A stretch of DNA of 64,000 bases, taken from an uncultured delta proteobacterium. GTDB taxonomy: Bacteria; Myxococcota; Kuafuiibacteriia; Kuafuiibacteriales; Kuafuiibacteriaceae. This document shows positions 20,152-30,182 of this stretch, one piece after another. The stretch spans positions 96,001 through 160,000 of the forward strand of contig CAWDML010000005.1 of the NCBI GenBank assembly GCA_963803435.1. The letters run 5' to 3'. Positions within the stretch are counted from its first letter, which is position 1. Every line of letters starts with the position of its first letter. A model generated the notes under the pieces. That model did not search any database and had not been told where the DNA came from. It worked only from the letters and a program-made list of their open reading frames with translations. A program made the position numbers and the translations under genes.

Positions 20152-20802
20152 GTGGCGAAGCAATACCGTTCTTGGACTCCGAGACAATCGTTCTTGCTCC
20201 CGCCGTCCCCTCTCGAGTGGCTCCCAGAAAATCATCTCGCGTACTTCGTCTTGGACGTCGTCGATGAGGTAGAGCTGAGCGCGATCGAGATCTCGATCCA
20301 GTCCAAGGACCCGCGAGGCGAGCGACCGTACTCGCCTCGAATGATGATCGCGCTGCTTCTGTACGCCTACTGCACCGGCATTTATTCGTCGCGGAGGATC
20401 GCGCGGGCGACCTACGAAGACATTCCATTCCGGGTGCTGGCTGGAGAAAGTCATCCCCACTTCACGACGATCAACGAGTTTCGGCTCGTCCACCTGGAGG
20501 CACTGAAAGCGCTCTTCCTCGAAGTCCTGAAGCTTTGCCAGAAAGCAGGTTTGGTGCGGCTCGGACACGTCGCACTCGATGGCTCGAAGGTGCAGGCGAA
20601 CGCGAGCAAGCACAAGGCGATGACCTACGAGCGGATGGCCGAGGAGGAGAAGCGGCTGTCTCTCGAGATCGAAGAACTGCTGGAGCGAGCGCGCACGATC
20701 GACCAAGAGGAAGACGAGCGGCTGGGCGTTGAAGAGACTGAAGAGGACATCCCAGCGGAGCTCGCTCGCCGTGAATCCCGCCTTGCCCGCATTCGAGAAG
20801 CG
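20152..20802 (+). pseudogene. IS1182-family transposase, N-terminal half only
   Basis: LLPPSPLEWLPENHLAYF, PYSPRMMIALLLYAY, SSRRIA, PHFTTINEFR, ALDGSKVQANASKHKAM; jumps to the element end at about 20803. Confidence 0.9.
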
Positions 20803-20821
20803 AGGCAGCCATCTTCAGATC

Positions 20822-20855
20822 GGGACCCGGACCGGGACCGGGACCCGGACCCGGG
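20822..20855. repeat. (GGGACC)n subterminal hexamer array
   Basis: gggacccggaccgggaccgggacccggacccggg. Confidence 0.9.
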
Positions 20856-20884
20856 TCGCGTGAGCGCTTACGCGCTACACGCTC

Positions 20885-22183
20885 CTAGCCGAGCTGCTCC
20901 GTGAGCTTTCGGAGCACGGCGCGGGCCGCCGACACCTGCGCCTTCGAAGCGCCCCCCACCGCGGCGAAGGACATCCGGGGGGCCGCCAGGTACTTCCGGG
21001 CCGCCCGCATCACCTGCTGGCCGTTCACGCCCATGAGCTGTGCGAGCCGCGCTTCGGGGCGGATGGGTTCGTGCCAGAGTTGGTGCGCGCCGAACCAGTG
21101 GCTGAGGTCCATCGGCGAGTCGAGGCCGAACTCGACGCCGAAGCGGGCGCGGCGGCGGACCCGATCGATCTCGTCCTCGCCGACACCCTCGTTCCGAACC
21201 TCGAGCAGGACACGTCCCAGCTCCTCGAGCGCGTAAGGGAGCTTCTTGTGGGCGACCGCCAGCTCGAAGTCGAGGAGCGCGCAGTCCGAGTACGAGTCGA
21301 GGCTCGCACCGACCTCGTAGACGATGCCCCGCTTCTCCACGAGCTCGACCTGGAGGCGAGCCGAGAGGCCGCCGTCGAGGACGCGGCGCAGGAGGATCAG
21401 GGCCGGGAAGTCGTCGTGCGACTCGGGATCGACGCGGAACGTGAGCCGCGCGCGTGTCTGGGCGTCGTCGGAGTAGACGAAGCGCGTCGACATGCGTCCG
21501 AGGAGCCGGGGCCGGGGGCCCTCGGCCGCGCGGCGTCCGGTGAACAGCTTGCCGAAGCTCTTCTTCGCGAAGCGGCGGCAGGCCGCGGGAGAGATCCGGC
21601 CTGCGAAGCAGAGCACGCTGTTGTTCGCGCCGTAGAAGCGGCCCCTGTGATCCTTCAGATCCCGCTCGGTGAAGCGCTTCAGGTTGCGCTTGGGCCCGTC
21701 GATCGACTGCGCCAGCGGATGATCACCGAACGCGCCGCGATGCGCGATGGTGTCGAGCTCGATCTCGCGGCCGCGCTCGTCGAGGGCGTCGAGGACCTCC
21801 TCGAGGATGATCGACCGCTCGATCTCCATCTCGGTGAAGTGCGGCGCGACAAACATGCGGCCCAGCAGATCCGTCGCGTCGCCGACGTAGTCGGGATGCA
21901 CGGTCGACTGGAACGCGGAGTAGTCGCGGGTGGTGTACCCGTCGAGGTGACCGCCGAGGTCCTCCATCGCCGCATTGAGCGCCGTGGAGTCCGGGAAGCC
22001 GTCGCAACCGCGAAAGAACATGTGCTCGAGGAAATGGGACAGGCCGTTCGTCTCCTGGGTCTCGTGCCGGCTGCCGACGCGCACATACACGGAAATGCTC
22101 GTAGAATGGAGGTGCGGCATCGACACGGTCACGACGGTGAGACCGTTGTCGAGGCGGGTGATCGCGCTGGTGTACTCCGACAC
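20885..22183 (-). CDS. M16 (pitrilysin-family) zinc peptidase
   Basis: GLSHFLEHMFFRG inverted zinc motif, LVEKRGIVY. Confidence 0.95.
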   Translation of the reverse strand: MSEYTSAITRLDNGLTVVTVSMPHLHSTSISVYVRVGSRHETQETNGLSHFLEHMFFRGCDGFPDSTALNAAMEDLGGHLDGYTTRDYSAFQSTVHPDYVGDATDLLGRMFVAPHFTEMEIERSIILEEVLDALDERGREIELDTIAHRGAFGDHPLAQSIDGPKRNLKRFTERDLKDHRGRFYGANNSVLCFAGRISPAACRRFAKKSFGKLFTGRRAAEGPRPRLLGRMSTRFVYSDDAQTRARLTFRVDPESHDDFPALILLRRVLDGGLSARLQVELVEKRGIVYEVGASLDSYSDCALLDFELAVAHKKLPYALEELGRVLLEVRNEGVGEDEIDRVRRRARFGVEFGLDSPMDLSHWFGAHQLWHEPIRPEARLAQLMGVNGQQVMRAARKYLAAPRMSFAAVGGASKAQVSAARAVLRKLTEQLG

Positions 22184-22233
22184 GTGGGATAATTTGCCAA
22201 GCCGGGTGCCCCCATGGCCAGGATAGAAGACTG

Positions 22234-23922
22234 ATGCTCCGGGAAGCGGCGAAAGACCTGAACCGCCTGAGGCGGATCACCCAGACCATCGGGAAGTACG
22301 GGTACCACGAGCTGGTCAAGCGCTCGCCGGACCTCCCCAAGGAGCTGCAGACCGACGACTTCGGCCTGCCGGACCCGAAGGCCCCGCCCGCGGGCCCGCA
22401 TCGCTTCCGGGTGATGCTGGAGGAGCTCGGGCCCACGTTCATCAAGTTCGGTCAGGTGCTGTCGACCCGCCCCGACCTGATCCCGAAGGCCTACGTCGAC
22501 GAGCTCCGGACGCTTCAGGACGAGTGCGAGCCGCTGCCGTTCGAGAAGATCAAGGAGGCCCTCGAGGAGGGACTCCCCGCGGATCCCGACCAGCTGTTCC
22601 GCGAGATCGATCCGGTGCCGCTGGCGACCGCGTCGATCGCGCAGGTTCACCGCGCCGTCACGCTCTCGGGCAAGCAGGTCGTCGTCAAGGTCCAGCGGCC
22701 CGGGATCGCGGAGCAGATCCGAACGGACATCGACATCCTGTATCGCATCGGCCGCTTCCTGCACGCGATCCTCGAGGAGTCGGCGATGGCGGAGCCCGTC
22801 GGGATCGTGCGCGAGTTCGAGAAGGCGCTCGATCAGGAGCTCAACTTCCATCACGAGGCCCAGAACATCCGGGAGTTCGCGAGGACTCACCTGATGCGGA
22901 AGGACGTGGTCGTCCCGAAGGTCCACGAGGATCTCTCGAGCATGACCGTGCTGACGATGGACTACCTGGCGGGGGTTCCGTTCTCGCGGCTACCGAAGGA
23001 CGTCGATCGGAAGGCGATCGCCTCCCGGATTATCCGCGAAGCGTTCGACGAGGTCTTCATCGACGGCGTCTTCCATGCGGATCCCCACCCGGGCAACCTG
23101 ATGCTCCTCGACGACGGGCGGTACGGCATCCTCGACTTCGGGCTGCTGGGACGGCTGTCGCCGCAGATGCAGGAGACGCTGGTCGTCCTGGCGCTCGCCG
23201 TCGCGGTCCGGGACGCCGATACGGTGGCGCGGACGCTCTATCGCCTCGGTCAGGCCGACGAGCGCGTCTCGCTGGCCGAGGTCCGCGACGATACGCGGCT
23301 GGTCCTGGATCGCTACCTCGACAAGAGCATCAAGGAGCTGGACTCCACGCTTCTGCTTCAGGAACTGCTGGGCCTGGGCATGAAGCACCGGCTGCGCATT
23401 CCGGCCGAGTACACGATGCTCGGTCGCGCGGGCGCCACGATCGAGGGCATCGTGCGCGAGCTCGATCCCGACATCGACGTGGCGGCGGTGGCGAGGCCGT
23501 ACGCCGAGCGGTTGCTGATGGGGCGCGTTGGGCCGGACAGCATGGAGGGCGGGCTGTACAAGGCGCTGCTCCAGTTCCAGGGCCTGTCGCAGGACATGCC
23601 GCTGCAGCTGAGTCAGATCCTCTCGGACCTCTCGAGCGGCAAGTTCCGCATCGACGTGCACGGACGCCTGGTGGAGAAGCTCATCTCCACGATCCTGATG
23701 GCGGCCGCCACGGTCTCGGGGGCGATCCTCGGCGGTGCGTTCGTCATCGGCTCGTTCATCGGCCTGGCGAAGCTGGACTGGGAGATCTTCGGGATCCCGA
23801 TCGTGGGCGTCTTCGGAGCGGTGATCGGCACCATCATCTTCTTCTGGGTGATCGCGTACACGGTGCTGCGACCTCGGATGAAGAAGATCAGCCTGGTCCG
23901 CATGTTCATGCGCCGCCGTTGA
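22234..23922 (+). CDS. ABC1/UbiB (AarF) family atypical kinase
   Basis: LGPTFIKFGQ, ASIAQVHRA, VVVKVQRP, FHADPHPGN, LDFG; C-terminal TM helices. Confidence 0.95.
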   Translation: MLREAAKDLNRLRRITQTIGKYGYHELVKRSPDLPKELQTDDFGLPDPKAPPAGPHRFRVMLEELGPTFIKFGQVLSTRPDLIPKAYVDELRTLQDECEPLPFEKIKEALEEGLPADPDQLFREIDPVPLATASIAQVHRAVTLSGKQVVVKVQRPGIAEQIRTDIDILYRIGRFLHAILEESAMAEPVGIVREFEKALDQELNFHHEAQNIREFARTHLMRKDVVVPKVHEDLSSMTVLTMDYLAGVPFSRLPKDVDRKAIASRIIREAFDEVFIDGVFHADPHPGNLMLLDDGRYGILDFGLLGRLSPQMQETLVVLALAVAVRDADTVARTLYRLGQADERVSLAEVRDDTRLVLDRYLDKSIKELDSTLLLQELLGLGMKHRLRIPAEYTMLGRAGATIEGIVRELDPDIDVAAVARPYAERLLMGRVGPDSMEGGLYKALLQFQGLSQDMPLQLSQILSDLSSGKFRIDVHGRLVEKLISTILMAAATVSGAILGGAFVIGSFIGLAKLDWEIFGIPIVGVFGAVIGTIIFFWVIAYTVLRPRMKKISLVRMFMRRR

Positions 23923-23990
23923 GCGAAGGAAGCATCGCGGGCTGCCGGACGTTTATCTCTGCGCGCGCCGTGAAGATGAAGAGGTACCGG

Positions 23991-24332
23991 ATGAAGAAGC
24001 TGGTCGCGCTGCTGATCGTTCTCCTGGCCGTCGAGACCTATGGAGTCTACGGCCGCCATCAGGCCGATCGCATCATGTACACGTGCGAGATGGAGGTCGG
24101 ACCGCTGTGCTTCTCCTGGAAGGAGAACGCGCTGGGGAAGCTGCTGAGCGGCGATCAGGCCGCAGCGCTGGAAGAGAAGCTCGACAAGGCGAGGAAGGCA
24201 TTCGAGGAGGACTTCGTGGACAAGCTTGCCCAGGGCGCGAAGAAGAAGAACGGCATCGAAGCTGCGCTCGACCAAGTCCGATCCAAGCTCCGCGAGGCGG
24301 GTGAAGCCATGAAGGACGCCTTCGAGGAGTGA
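23991..24332 (+). CDS. Small hypothetical exported protein
   Basis: MKKLVALLIVLLA signal, Cys pair, helical tail. Confidence 0.65.
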   Translation: MKKLVALLIVLLAVETYGVYGRHQADRIMYTCEMEVGPLCFSWKENALGKLLSGDQAAALEEKLDKARKAFEEDFVDKLAQGAKKKNGIEAALDQVRSKLREAGEAMKDAFEE

Positions 24333-24507
24333 CCGGGCTGTTAGCCACCCCGAGGGGGAGGGTGCCAAAAACCGCGCAGAAGACCCCAGTAAGCACGGAA
24401 GATCAATCATTTTTTCCGTCCGCCGATGTCTGCAGCCCCGTGGACGTCTCTAAGTCCAAGAAATTATTAGGAAACCGATTTGCTGCCCGGTCGATAAGTT
24501 TCTTAGG

Positions 24508-25134
24508 ATGAAGAGCGAGATGACGGAAAAGATCCTCACCCACGCAAGCCTGGAGGCGTTCTTTGAAACGCTGCTCCGGGAGGCCATGGCCGTCGAACGC
24601 ATCGAGCTCTGCGGGGAAAGCTTCGTCTACGTCACGAACCTCTTCACCGACTTCGCGACCCATCAAGGTCTCCACGGCCGCCAGCGGGCCGGGGAGCGCG
24701 GGACCCCTGCGCTGGTCTGGCTCTACGAGGAGGCGCAGACCGCGAGCGATCGCGGCCGACGCTTCGACGCCTATCGCCGCCTCGGAGACGTCTCGTTGAT
24801 CGTGAGCGGGTTCTTCACCCCGCACGTCGAGCGCAAGCGTTCGCTGGTCGGGGTCGACTACTACGTTCAGATGGGAACCGCCGCCTATCACGCCGCCGCA
24901 TCGCTCGCGCATCGCAGCGGTTTCTCGCAGCTCTTGTCCGAGCTCTCGGCCAAGTTCGAGCGGCTCGTCGAAGTGCTCACGCGCATCGCCGAGCGGACGA
25001 CGCTGCCGGTGGCCCGCAATCTCCGCGCGCTCTACGAGCGGATGATGCGCAACCCACAGAGCCTCGATCTGCGCGCTCGCTTGCTCAGCCAGGGTCTCGC
25101 TCCCGTGTTTGCGACGAGCGAGGCGAAGGCTTGA
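24508..25134 (+). CDS. Conserved hypothetical protein (first of a coupled pair)
   Basis: RRLGDVSLIVSGFF, LVGVDYYVQMG..AY motifs. Confidence 0.8.
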   Translation: MKSEMTEKILTHASLEAFFETLLREAMAVERIELCGESFVYVTNLFTDFATHQGLHGRQRAGERGTPALVWLYEEAQTASDRGRRFDAYRRLGDVSLIVSGFFTPHVERKRSLVGVDYYVQMGTAAYHAAASLAHRSGFSQLLSELSAKFERLVEVLTRIAERTTLPVARNLRALYERMMRNPQSLDLRARLLSQGLAPVFATSEAKA

Positions 25135-25754
25135 TGGTCACTCGAGAGCTCCAGGGTCTGATCGAGACGCTCTATCGACTCGACGGTTCGCTGTCCGTCG
25201 CCGACTATCACATCGACGGAAGCACGCTCGACGTCCTCCTCGGCGCCGGCGCCACCAGCGCGCACCGCGAGCTGCTCGTGGTGCACCACGACGGCGAGTA
25301 CACCGACCTGGCCCTCTACATCGCCGACGAGGTGCTGGTCCGCGCGCGTACGTTCCTGGAGGACCGCGGCGACCTCGACGCGTTCTGTGCCGCCACCGAG
25401 GGCGTATCGCACTTCGTCTACTTCACCTTCTGCGGCGAACGGCTGGACCGGCCGGTCTCTCAGATCGAGCTCGAGCTCCAGGCCGAGATCGACAAGTTCC
25501 TCGTGGTTCGCCTGTTCGCGCCCGTGGGGGAGGACCTGATCCCCAGGCTATTCGAGCAGATCCGCCTCGCCGATCGGCTGACCCCCTCGGAGCAGGAGCG
25601 ATATGTGGTCGCCAACCGCGCCGGCCGCCGGTATGCCCGGTGGCTGGACCGACAGATCGTCCGGGGGCGCGCGGCCTTCGCCATCGAGGACGCGCGGGCC
25701 CTGTATCGTAAGCCGCTCTCTGCGAAGCTCGACCACATTGCTCGGGCGGCTTGA
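25131..25754 (+). CDS. Conserved hypothetical protein (second of the pair)
   Basis: FCAATEGVSHFVY, ELELQAEIDKF, ERYVVAN motifs; TGATG overlap with the upstream gene. Confidence 0.8.
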   Translation: MMVTRELQGLIETLYRLDGSLSVADYHIDGSTLDVLLGAGATSAHRELLVVHHDGEYTDLALYIADEVLVRARTFLEDRGDLDAFCAATEGVSHFVYFTFCGERLDRPVSQIELELQAEIDKFLVVRLFAPVGEDLIPRLFEQIRLADRLTPSEQERYVVANRAGRRYARWLDRQIVRGRAAFAIEDARALYRKPLSAKLDHIARAA

Positions 25755-25779
25755 GATCGCGTAGATTCGTCCCTACCGC

Positions 25780-26292
25780 TTGCGCGACATCGTCAAGTCG
25801 TGCCTCTCCCTCGTCGCTGGTGACTACAGGTTCTATCGCGTCTACGCGCTGGACCTGTTGCCTCCGCCCCTCGCGCTACGGGCCTCGCCCGAGGTGGAGT
25901 TCCAGGTCACCGACGAGCGCGCTCCCGAATCCGTGGTGCTGAGCGCGTTGATCGGCGGCGCGCCGGCGGCGACCTGTTGGCTGTGGTGGGGCGAGCGCTA
26001 TCACCGCGAGCGAAACTTTCTTCCGCTCGGTCCGAAGGAGGCGAAGCTGGTCCACATCGAGACCCACGCGACGTTCCGTGGCCGCGGCGTCGCGTCGCAG
26101 CTCCTGGCGTTCGCCGCCATCGACATGCGGATGCGGGGCTTCGAGCGCCTCTACGCCCGGATCTGGCACAACAACGTGCCCTCGATCCGCGCGTTCACGC
26201 AGGTCGGATGGACGTACGATCAGACGGTGCTGGAGCTCGATCCGCTGCGCCTGGGCCGGCGGATGCGGATGAGCATCAGGGGCACGCGCTGA
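25780..26292 (+). CDS. GNAT-family N-acetyltransferase
   Basis: FRGRGVA acetyl-CoA motif, NVPSIRAF. Confidence 0.8.
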   Translation: MRDIVKSCLSLVAGDYRFYRVYALDLLPPPLALRASPEVEFQVTDERAPESVVLSALIGGAPAATCWLWWGERYHRERNFLPLGPKEAKLVHIETHATFRGRGVASQLLAFAAIDMRMRGFERLYARIWHNNVPSIRAFTQVGWTYDQTVLELDPLRLGRRMRMSIRGTR

Positions 26293-27868
26293 CCGAGCCC
26301 TCGAGGCGGTTGTTGCCCTTGTCGTCAACGCGAGCGCCGTCGCCGCAGCTCGCGAACGTCGCGAACTTCGATCCCTTGATGCGGGTGCTGCTCGCTTCGA
26401 TGCTGGCCCCGCCGAACGCGGCGCAGCCGTAGGTGACGTTGCCGATCAGGTTGGAGCTCGAGATCCGGACGGACGCCTGGTCGCCTGCGAGCACGCCCGC
26501 CTCCTTGCAGCCCTCGACGCGTGTTCGATCGACGACGACCTTTCCGCCTTGGGCCACCACGCCGCTCCCGTCCACGCAACCCTTGATGACCGAGCGGACC
26601 ACCACCACCGGATCGGCCGCCACGTCCTCGACCAGGATGCCGCCCAGGCGAGGTTTCGTGACGGTGGCGGTGACCGTGCCGCTCGCATCGGCGTGGTAGG
26701 CCACCGCGAACGCGCCCGGGGTGTCGAACCGGGCCGACTCGACGATCACGCGAGCCTCGACGCCGTTGGCGGTGATGGCGTCGTTGCCTTCGCCCTTGGG
26801 CACCGGATCGCCCAAGAAGTGGGTGCCTGCGACCGTGACCACCCCGGAGCCGACCAGGATGCCGCTGGCGCGCCCGTGGCGGATCTCGCCGTCCTCGAAG
26901 CGGACCACCGACTCGGCGACCAGGTGATCGACGACGCTGATGGTGCCCTTCTGCGATCCTTCGATGGTGCAGCGACGGAAGAATGCATCCGCGCCCGAGA
27001 GCCCGATCGTCTGATCGAGCGTCCTCCCGAAGGTGGTGTCGTCGACGCGGATCTTCGCGCGCTGGCCGATCAGCGAGGCCCGGGCGGCGCCGTCGATCTG
27101 CACGTTCTTCGCGATCAGCGTGGCGCCCTGGGTGGCCACGATCGCGTTGCCACCGCCGAGCACCCGCGTGTCGGTGAGCTCGAGCGATCCGCCGCTCAGC
27201 TGGAGCGTGACGGTCGCGCTCTTCTCCAACCGCGAGCGCCGTATGAACGCCTTGGAGGTCTCGAAGCGAAGGACACGCTTGGTCTCGTCGCCTCCGGTGG
27301 CGATGCAGTCTTCGATCGTGACGGTGGCGGTGGTGGCCTGAAGACACGACATCGGACCGCAGGCGAGCTTGACGTGGGCCAGCGAAGCCGAGGAGCGCGT
27401 GAGGGAGAGCGCGTCGTCCTTGAGCCCCGCGGAGATGGTCGCGTTCTTCACCGAGAGGCTCTCGACGAAGTGGGCGGCCAGCCCGCCGCCGATCGAGAGA
27501 TGGTCGAGCGTCACCTCGTTGCCGGTGATGAAGACATGGCCGCGCACGACGACGGCGCCGTCGCCGACGACGGATACGGGCCGATCGATGGCGATACGCT
27601 CCTCGTCGTAGGCACCGCGCAGGAGCACGATGCGCTGCTCGATCCCTCCCAGCGCCTTCGCGAGCGTGCGGTACGGCGTGCGCTCGTTGCCGTCCGCGGC
27701 GTCATCGCCGGTCGGAGAGACGTACGCCGTCGTTCGTGGTCCCGGAGGCGGAGGGACATGCTCGTCGCGCGTCGCACCGACGCAGCCGGTGAGGACGAGC
27801 AGCGAGAGCGCGCGGGCTAAATGTGGAACCAGGGCGTGATCCAGAGGTACTTCACGTTGAGCGTCCAC
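26276..27868 (-). CDS. Right-handed parallel beta-helix lipoprotein (start uncertain)
   Basis: Lipobox LVLTGC, YVSPTGDDAADG..PYRTL N-cap, beta-helix repeats. Confidence 0.7.
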   Translation of the reverse strand: MDAQREVPLDHALVPHLARALSLLVLTGCVGATRDEHVPPPPGPRTTAYVSPTGDDAADGNERTPYRTLAKALGGIEQRIVLLRGAYDEERIAIDRPVSVVGDGAVVVRGHVFITGNEVTLDHLSIGGGLAAHFVESLSVKNATISAGLKDDALSLTRSSASLAHVKLACGPMSCLQATTATVTIEDCIATGGDETKRVLRFETSKAFIRRSRLEKSATVTLQLSGGSLELTDTRVLGGGNAIVATQGATLIAKNVQIDGAARASLIGQRAKIRVDDTTFGRTLDQTIGLSGADAFFRRCTIEGSQKGTISVVDHLVAESVVRFEDGEIRHGRASGILVGSGVVTVAGTHFLGDPVPKGEGNDAITANGVEARVIVESARFDTPGAFAVAYHADASGTVTATVTKPRLGGILVEDVAADPVVVVRSVIKGCVDGSGVVAQGGKVVVDRTRVEGCKEAGVLAGDQASVRISSSNLIGNVTYGCAAFGGASIEASSTRIKGSKFATFASCGDGARVDDKGNNRLEGSVSACP

Positions 27869-28644
27869 CGCAGGACCATTTTGAACGGCAACAGCATCAT
27901 CGTCATGAAAAGCATCGCGACCACGTTGTAGCGCACGATCCCCAGCTGTCTCATGATCGGTTTGTCCTTGAAGGCCACCCAGGCTGCCGGGATCACGCTG
28001 AAAAACACGCCCAGAGTGATGGCGCCGATGATGAAGCCGCCCCAGTAGCTGCGGGCCCCCAGGAGGTAGGGCCAGTCGATGTTGTTGAGGGCGACGACCT
28101 TGTGGGGGTCCCAGTACTGCCAGGGGAGGAAGAAGTTCCAGCCCGGGCCGCGCAGAAAGACGCCGATGAAGATCTGACAGACCCACAGCAGGTGGAAGCC
28201 GAAGAAGAAGGTCAGGATCGCGAACTTGCGCTCCTTGAAGGTGTAGTAGCCGTTCCCCTTGGGGTTGATGTCGATGTACGGGATCAGCATCAGCCCGACG
28301 ATGATCAGCGACGGGAAGACGACGCCGGCCAGCCAGGGATCGAAGTAGACCAACATCTCCTGGAGGCCGAGGAAGTACCACGGCGCCTTCGACGGGTTCG
28401 GCGTCAGGGTCGGGTTGGCGGTCTCCTCCATCGGCGCATCGATCGCGAGCGACCAGATGCAGAGGAAGAGGAACATGATCAGCCCGGCGATGAACTCGAC
28501 GCGGACGAAGTAAGGCCACGAGTGGATCTTGTCGGGGAGGACATCCTCACCCTTCTTGGCGCGGATGCGCAGCTTGGCCGTGCCGACCTTGAGGTCGGCC
28601 GGGCAATCCATCGGGTGATCGGAGTGGACGATCTCACCGCTCAT
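27817..28644 (-). CDS. Cytochrome b subunit IV-like protein of a Rieske/cytochrome b complex
   Basis: APMEETANPTLTPNPSKAPWYFLGLQEMLVYFDPW (PEWY-equivalent), extra TM helices. Confidence 0.85.
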   Translation of the reverse strand: MSGEIVHSDHPMDCPADLKVGTAKLRIRAKKGEDVLPDKIHSWPYFVRVEFIAGLIMFLFLCIWSLAIDAPMEETANPTLTPNPSKAPWYFLGLQEMLVYFDPWLAGVVFPSLIIVGLMLIPYIDINPKGNGYYTFKERKFAILTFFFGFHLLWVCQIFIGVFLRGPGWNFFLPWQYWDPHKVVALNNIDWPYLLGARSYWGGFIIGAITLGVFFSVIPAAWVAFKDKPIMRQLGIVRYNVVAMLFMTMMLLPFKMVLRWTLNVKYLWITPWFHI

Positions 28645-28659
28645 CGAAGTTGCCTCCCG

Positions 28660-29448
28660 CTACAGCGGACCGGAGATGCCGCCGTCCTTCCTGATGCGCC
28701 AGAAGTGCAGGATCATCAGGACGGAGGCGACGATGGGGATGAAGATGCAGTGCAGCACGTAGAAGCGCAGCAAAGTCGGCGGGCCCACGTTGACCGCGGC
28801 GGTCAGGAACGTGCGCGCGTTGTAGCGGGGCGTGACGCCCAGCTCGGCGCCGAACGGCCCCTCGGTGCCGAGGAGCGGCGTGGCGCGGGCCATGTTGGTG
28901 CCGACGGTGACCGCCCAGATGGCGAGCTGGTCCCAGGGCAACAGGTAGCCGGTGAACGAGAGCAGCAGGGTCAGCGTCAGGAGGAGCACGCCGACGACCC
29001 AGTTGAACTCCCGGGGCGGCTTGTACGAGCCGGTCATGAAGACGCGGAACATGTGCAGCCAGACCATGATGACCATGGCGTGGGCCGCCCATCGATGCAT
29101 GTTCCGGGTGAACATGCCGAAGGGGACGTCGAAGTCGAGGTACTTGATGTCGTGGTATGCGTACTCGCCGGTGGGGCGGTAGTAGAACATCAGCACGACG
29201 CCCGTCACCACGGTCACCAGATAGAGGAGGAAGGTGAGGCCGCCCGCGCACCAGGTGTAGCGGTAGCGGATGCCGTGCCGCCGGACCTTCGTCGGGTGGA
29301 GGTGGAGCCAGACGTTCGCCGAGATCTGGAGGGCCCGGTTGCGGGGCGTGTCGGTGTACCCGTGGCGGAACGTCGACGTCCAGACCTGCGACTCGGTGAT
29401 GAGCTGCCAGACGCTCTTCTTCTCTTGCTGCTGCTCGTTGTCGGCCAT
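28660..29448 (-). CDS. qcrB: Cytochrome b6-like N-terminal subunit
   Basis: [33 protein letters not shown] heme ligands; WCAGG heme ci Cys. Confidence 0.95.
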   Translation of the reverse strand: MADNEQQQEKKSVWQLITESQVWTSTFRHGYTDTPRNRALQISANVWLHLHPTKVRRHGIRYRYTWCAGGLTFLLYLVTVVTGVVLMFYYRPTGEYAYHDIKYLDFDVPFGMFTRNMHRWAAHAMVIMVWLHMFRVFMTGSYKPPREFNWVVGVLLLTLTLLLSFTGYLLPWDQLAIWAVTVGTNMARATPLLGTEGPFGAELGVTPRYNARTFLTAAVNVGPPTLLRFYVLHCIFIPIVASVLMILHFWRIRKDGGISGPL

Positions 29449-29454
29449 GATGGT

Positions 29455-30015
29455 CTAAACCTTTGCGTTGGCGGCCGGGTCGGTCCACTGGCCCTTCTCG
29501 AAGAGGAACGAGATGCCCTTGTCGACGTTGATCTCACCGGCGGCGTCGATCCAAACCTTGAGGCGTTCGAGCGGGCGAGGCGCCGGGCCTTCGAAGTTGA
29601 TCGCGGTGATGTCGCGGCCGCGCTCGAAGTCGAAGCCGCGGAACCCGGAGCCGTGGCACGGGCACTTGAACTTGTTCTCGGCGGCCAGCCAGCGCGGCGT
29701 GCAGCCGAGGTGCGTGCAGATGGCGGCGATCGCGATGATCCAGTTGGTGCCGGCCGAGTCGACCCGCCGCGCGATCCAGACGCGCTGGCTCGGGATGTAC
29801 TTCTCGCTGACCGTGTTCGGGCTGTAGTCGCTGGCGTGGCCTGCCTTGAAGAGCGTCGACGGCTCGAACAGCACGCGCGGATACATGAACCGAACGAAGC
29901 CGAGGCTGAGGACGCCGAGTGCACCGAGCGTCCCCGCCCATCCCCCGAGCGACAAGAAGTCTCGCCGCGACCACGTCCAGTCTTTGGTCTTTTCGTCTCG
30001 AACTTGACCCGCCAT
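29455..30015 (-). CDS. qcrA: Rieske [2Fe-2S] subunit
   Basis: Tat motif [27 protein letters not shown]. Confidence 0.95.
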   Translation of the reverse strand: MAGQVRDEKTKDWTWSRRDFLSLGGWAGTLGALGVLSLGFVRFMYPRVLFEPSTLFKAGHASDYSPNTVSEKYIPSQRVWIARRVDSAGTNWIIAIAAICTHLGCTPRWLAAENKFKCPCHGSGFRGFDFERGRDITAINFEGPAPRPLERLKVWIDAAGEINVDKGISFLFEKGQWTDPAANAKV

Positions 30016-30028
30016 GGCGCTGAGGCGA

Positions 30029-30057
30029 GACCTATGAATTGCCGTCCGGCCTGTCAA
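30029..30057 (-). promoter_or_regulatory. Putative sigma-70 promoter for the Rieske/cytochrome b operon
   Basis: TTGACA-17 bp-TAGGTC on the minus strand. Confidence 0.45.
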
Positions 30058-30144
30058 GCTGGATCACCGCCGAATCGCCCAGCGATTCCTCGGATTTAGA
30101 CCCATCGGGAGTGGCCCTATCCGAGACACACGCCCGACGAAGCC

Positions 30145-30173
30145 TTGACCCTGCCAGCCAGGACAACTACACC
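30145..30173 (+). promoter_or_regulatory. Putative sigma-70 promoter for the divergent microprotein
   Basis: TTGACC-17 bp-TACACC, 9 nt before ATG 30183. Confidence 0.4.
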
Positions 30174-30182
30174 CGGCCCGAC

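Larger units (their letters stand above)
19614..20884. mobile_element. IS1182-family element carrying a four-helix-bundle gene, copy 1 (internally deleted)
   Basis: Inverted ends GAGCGTGTAGCGCGTA(A)GCGCT, CTAG on both flanks (19610-19613, 20885-20888), subterminal hexamer arrays. Confidence 0.85.
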
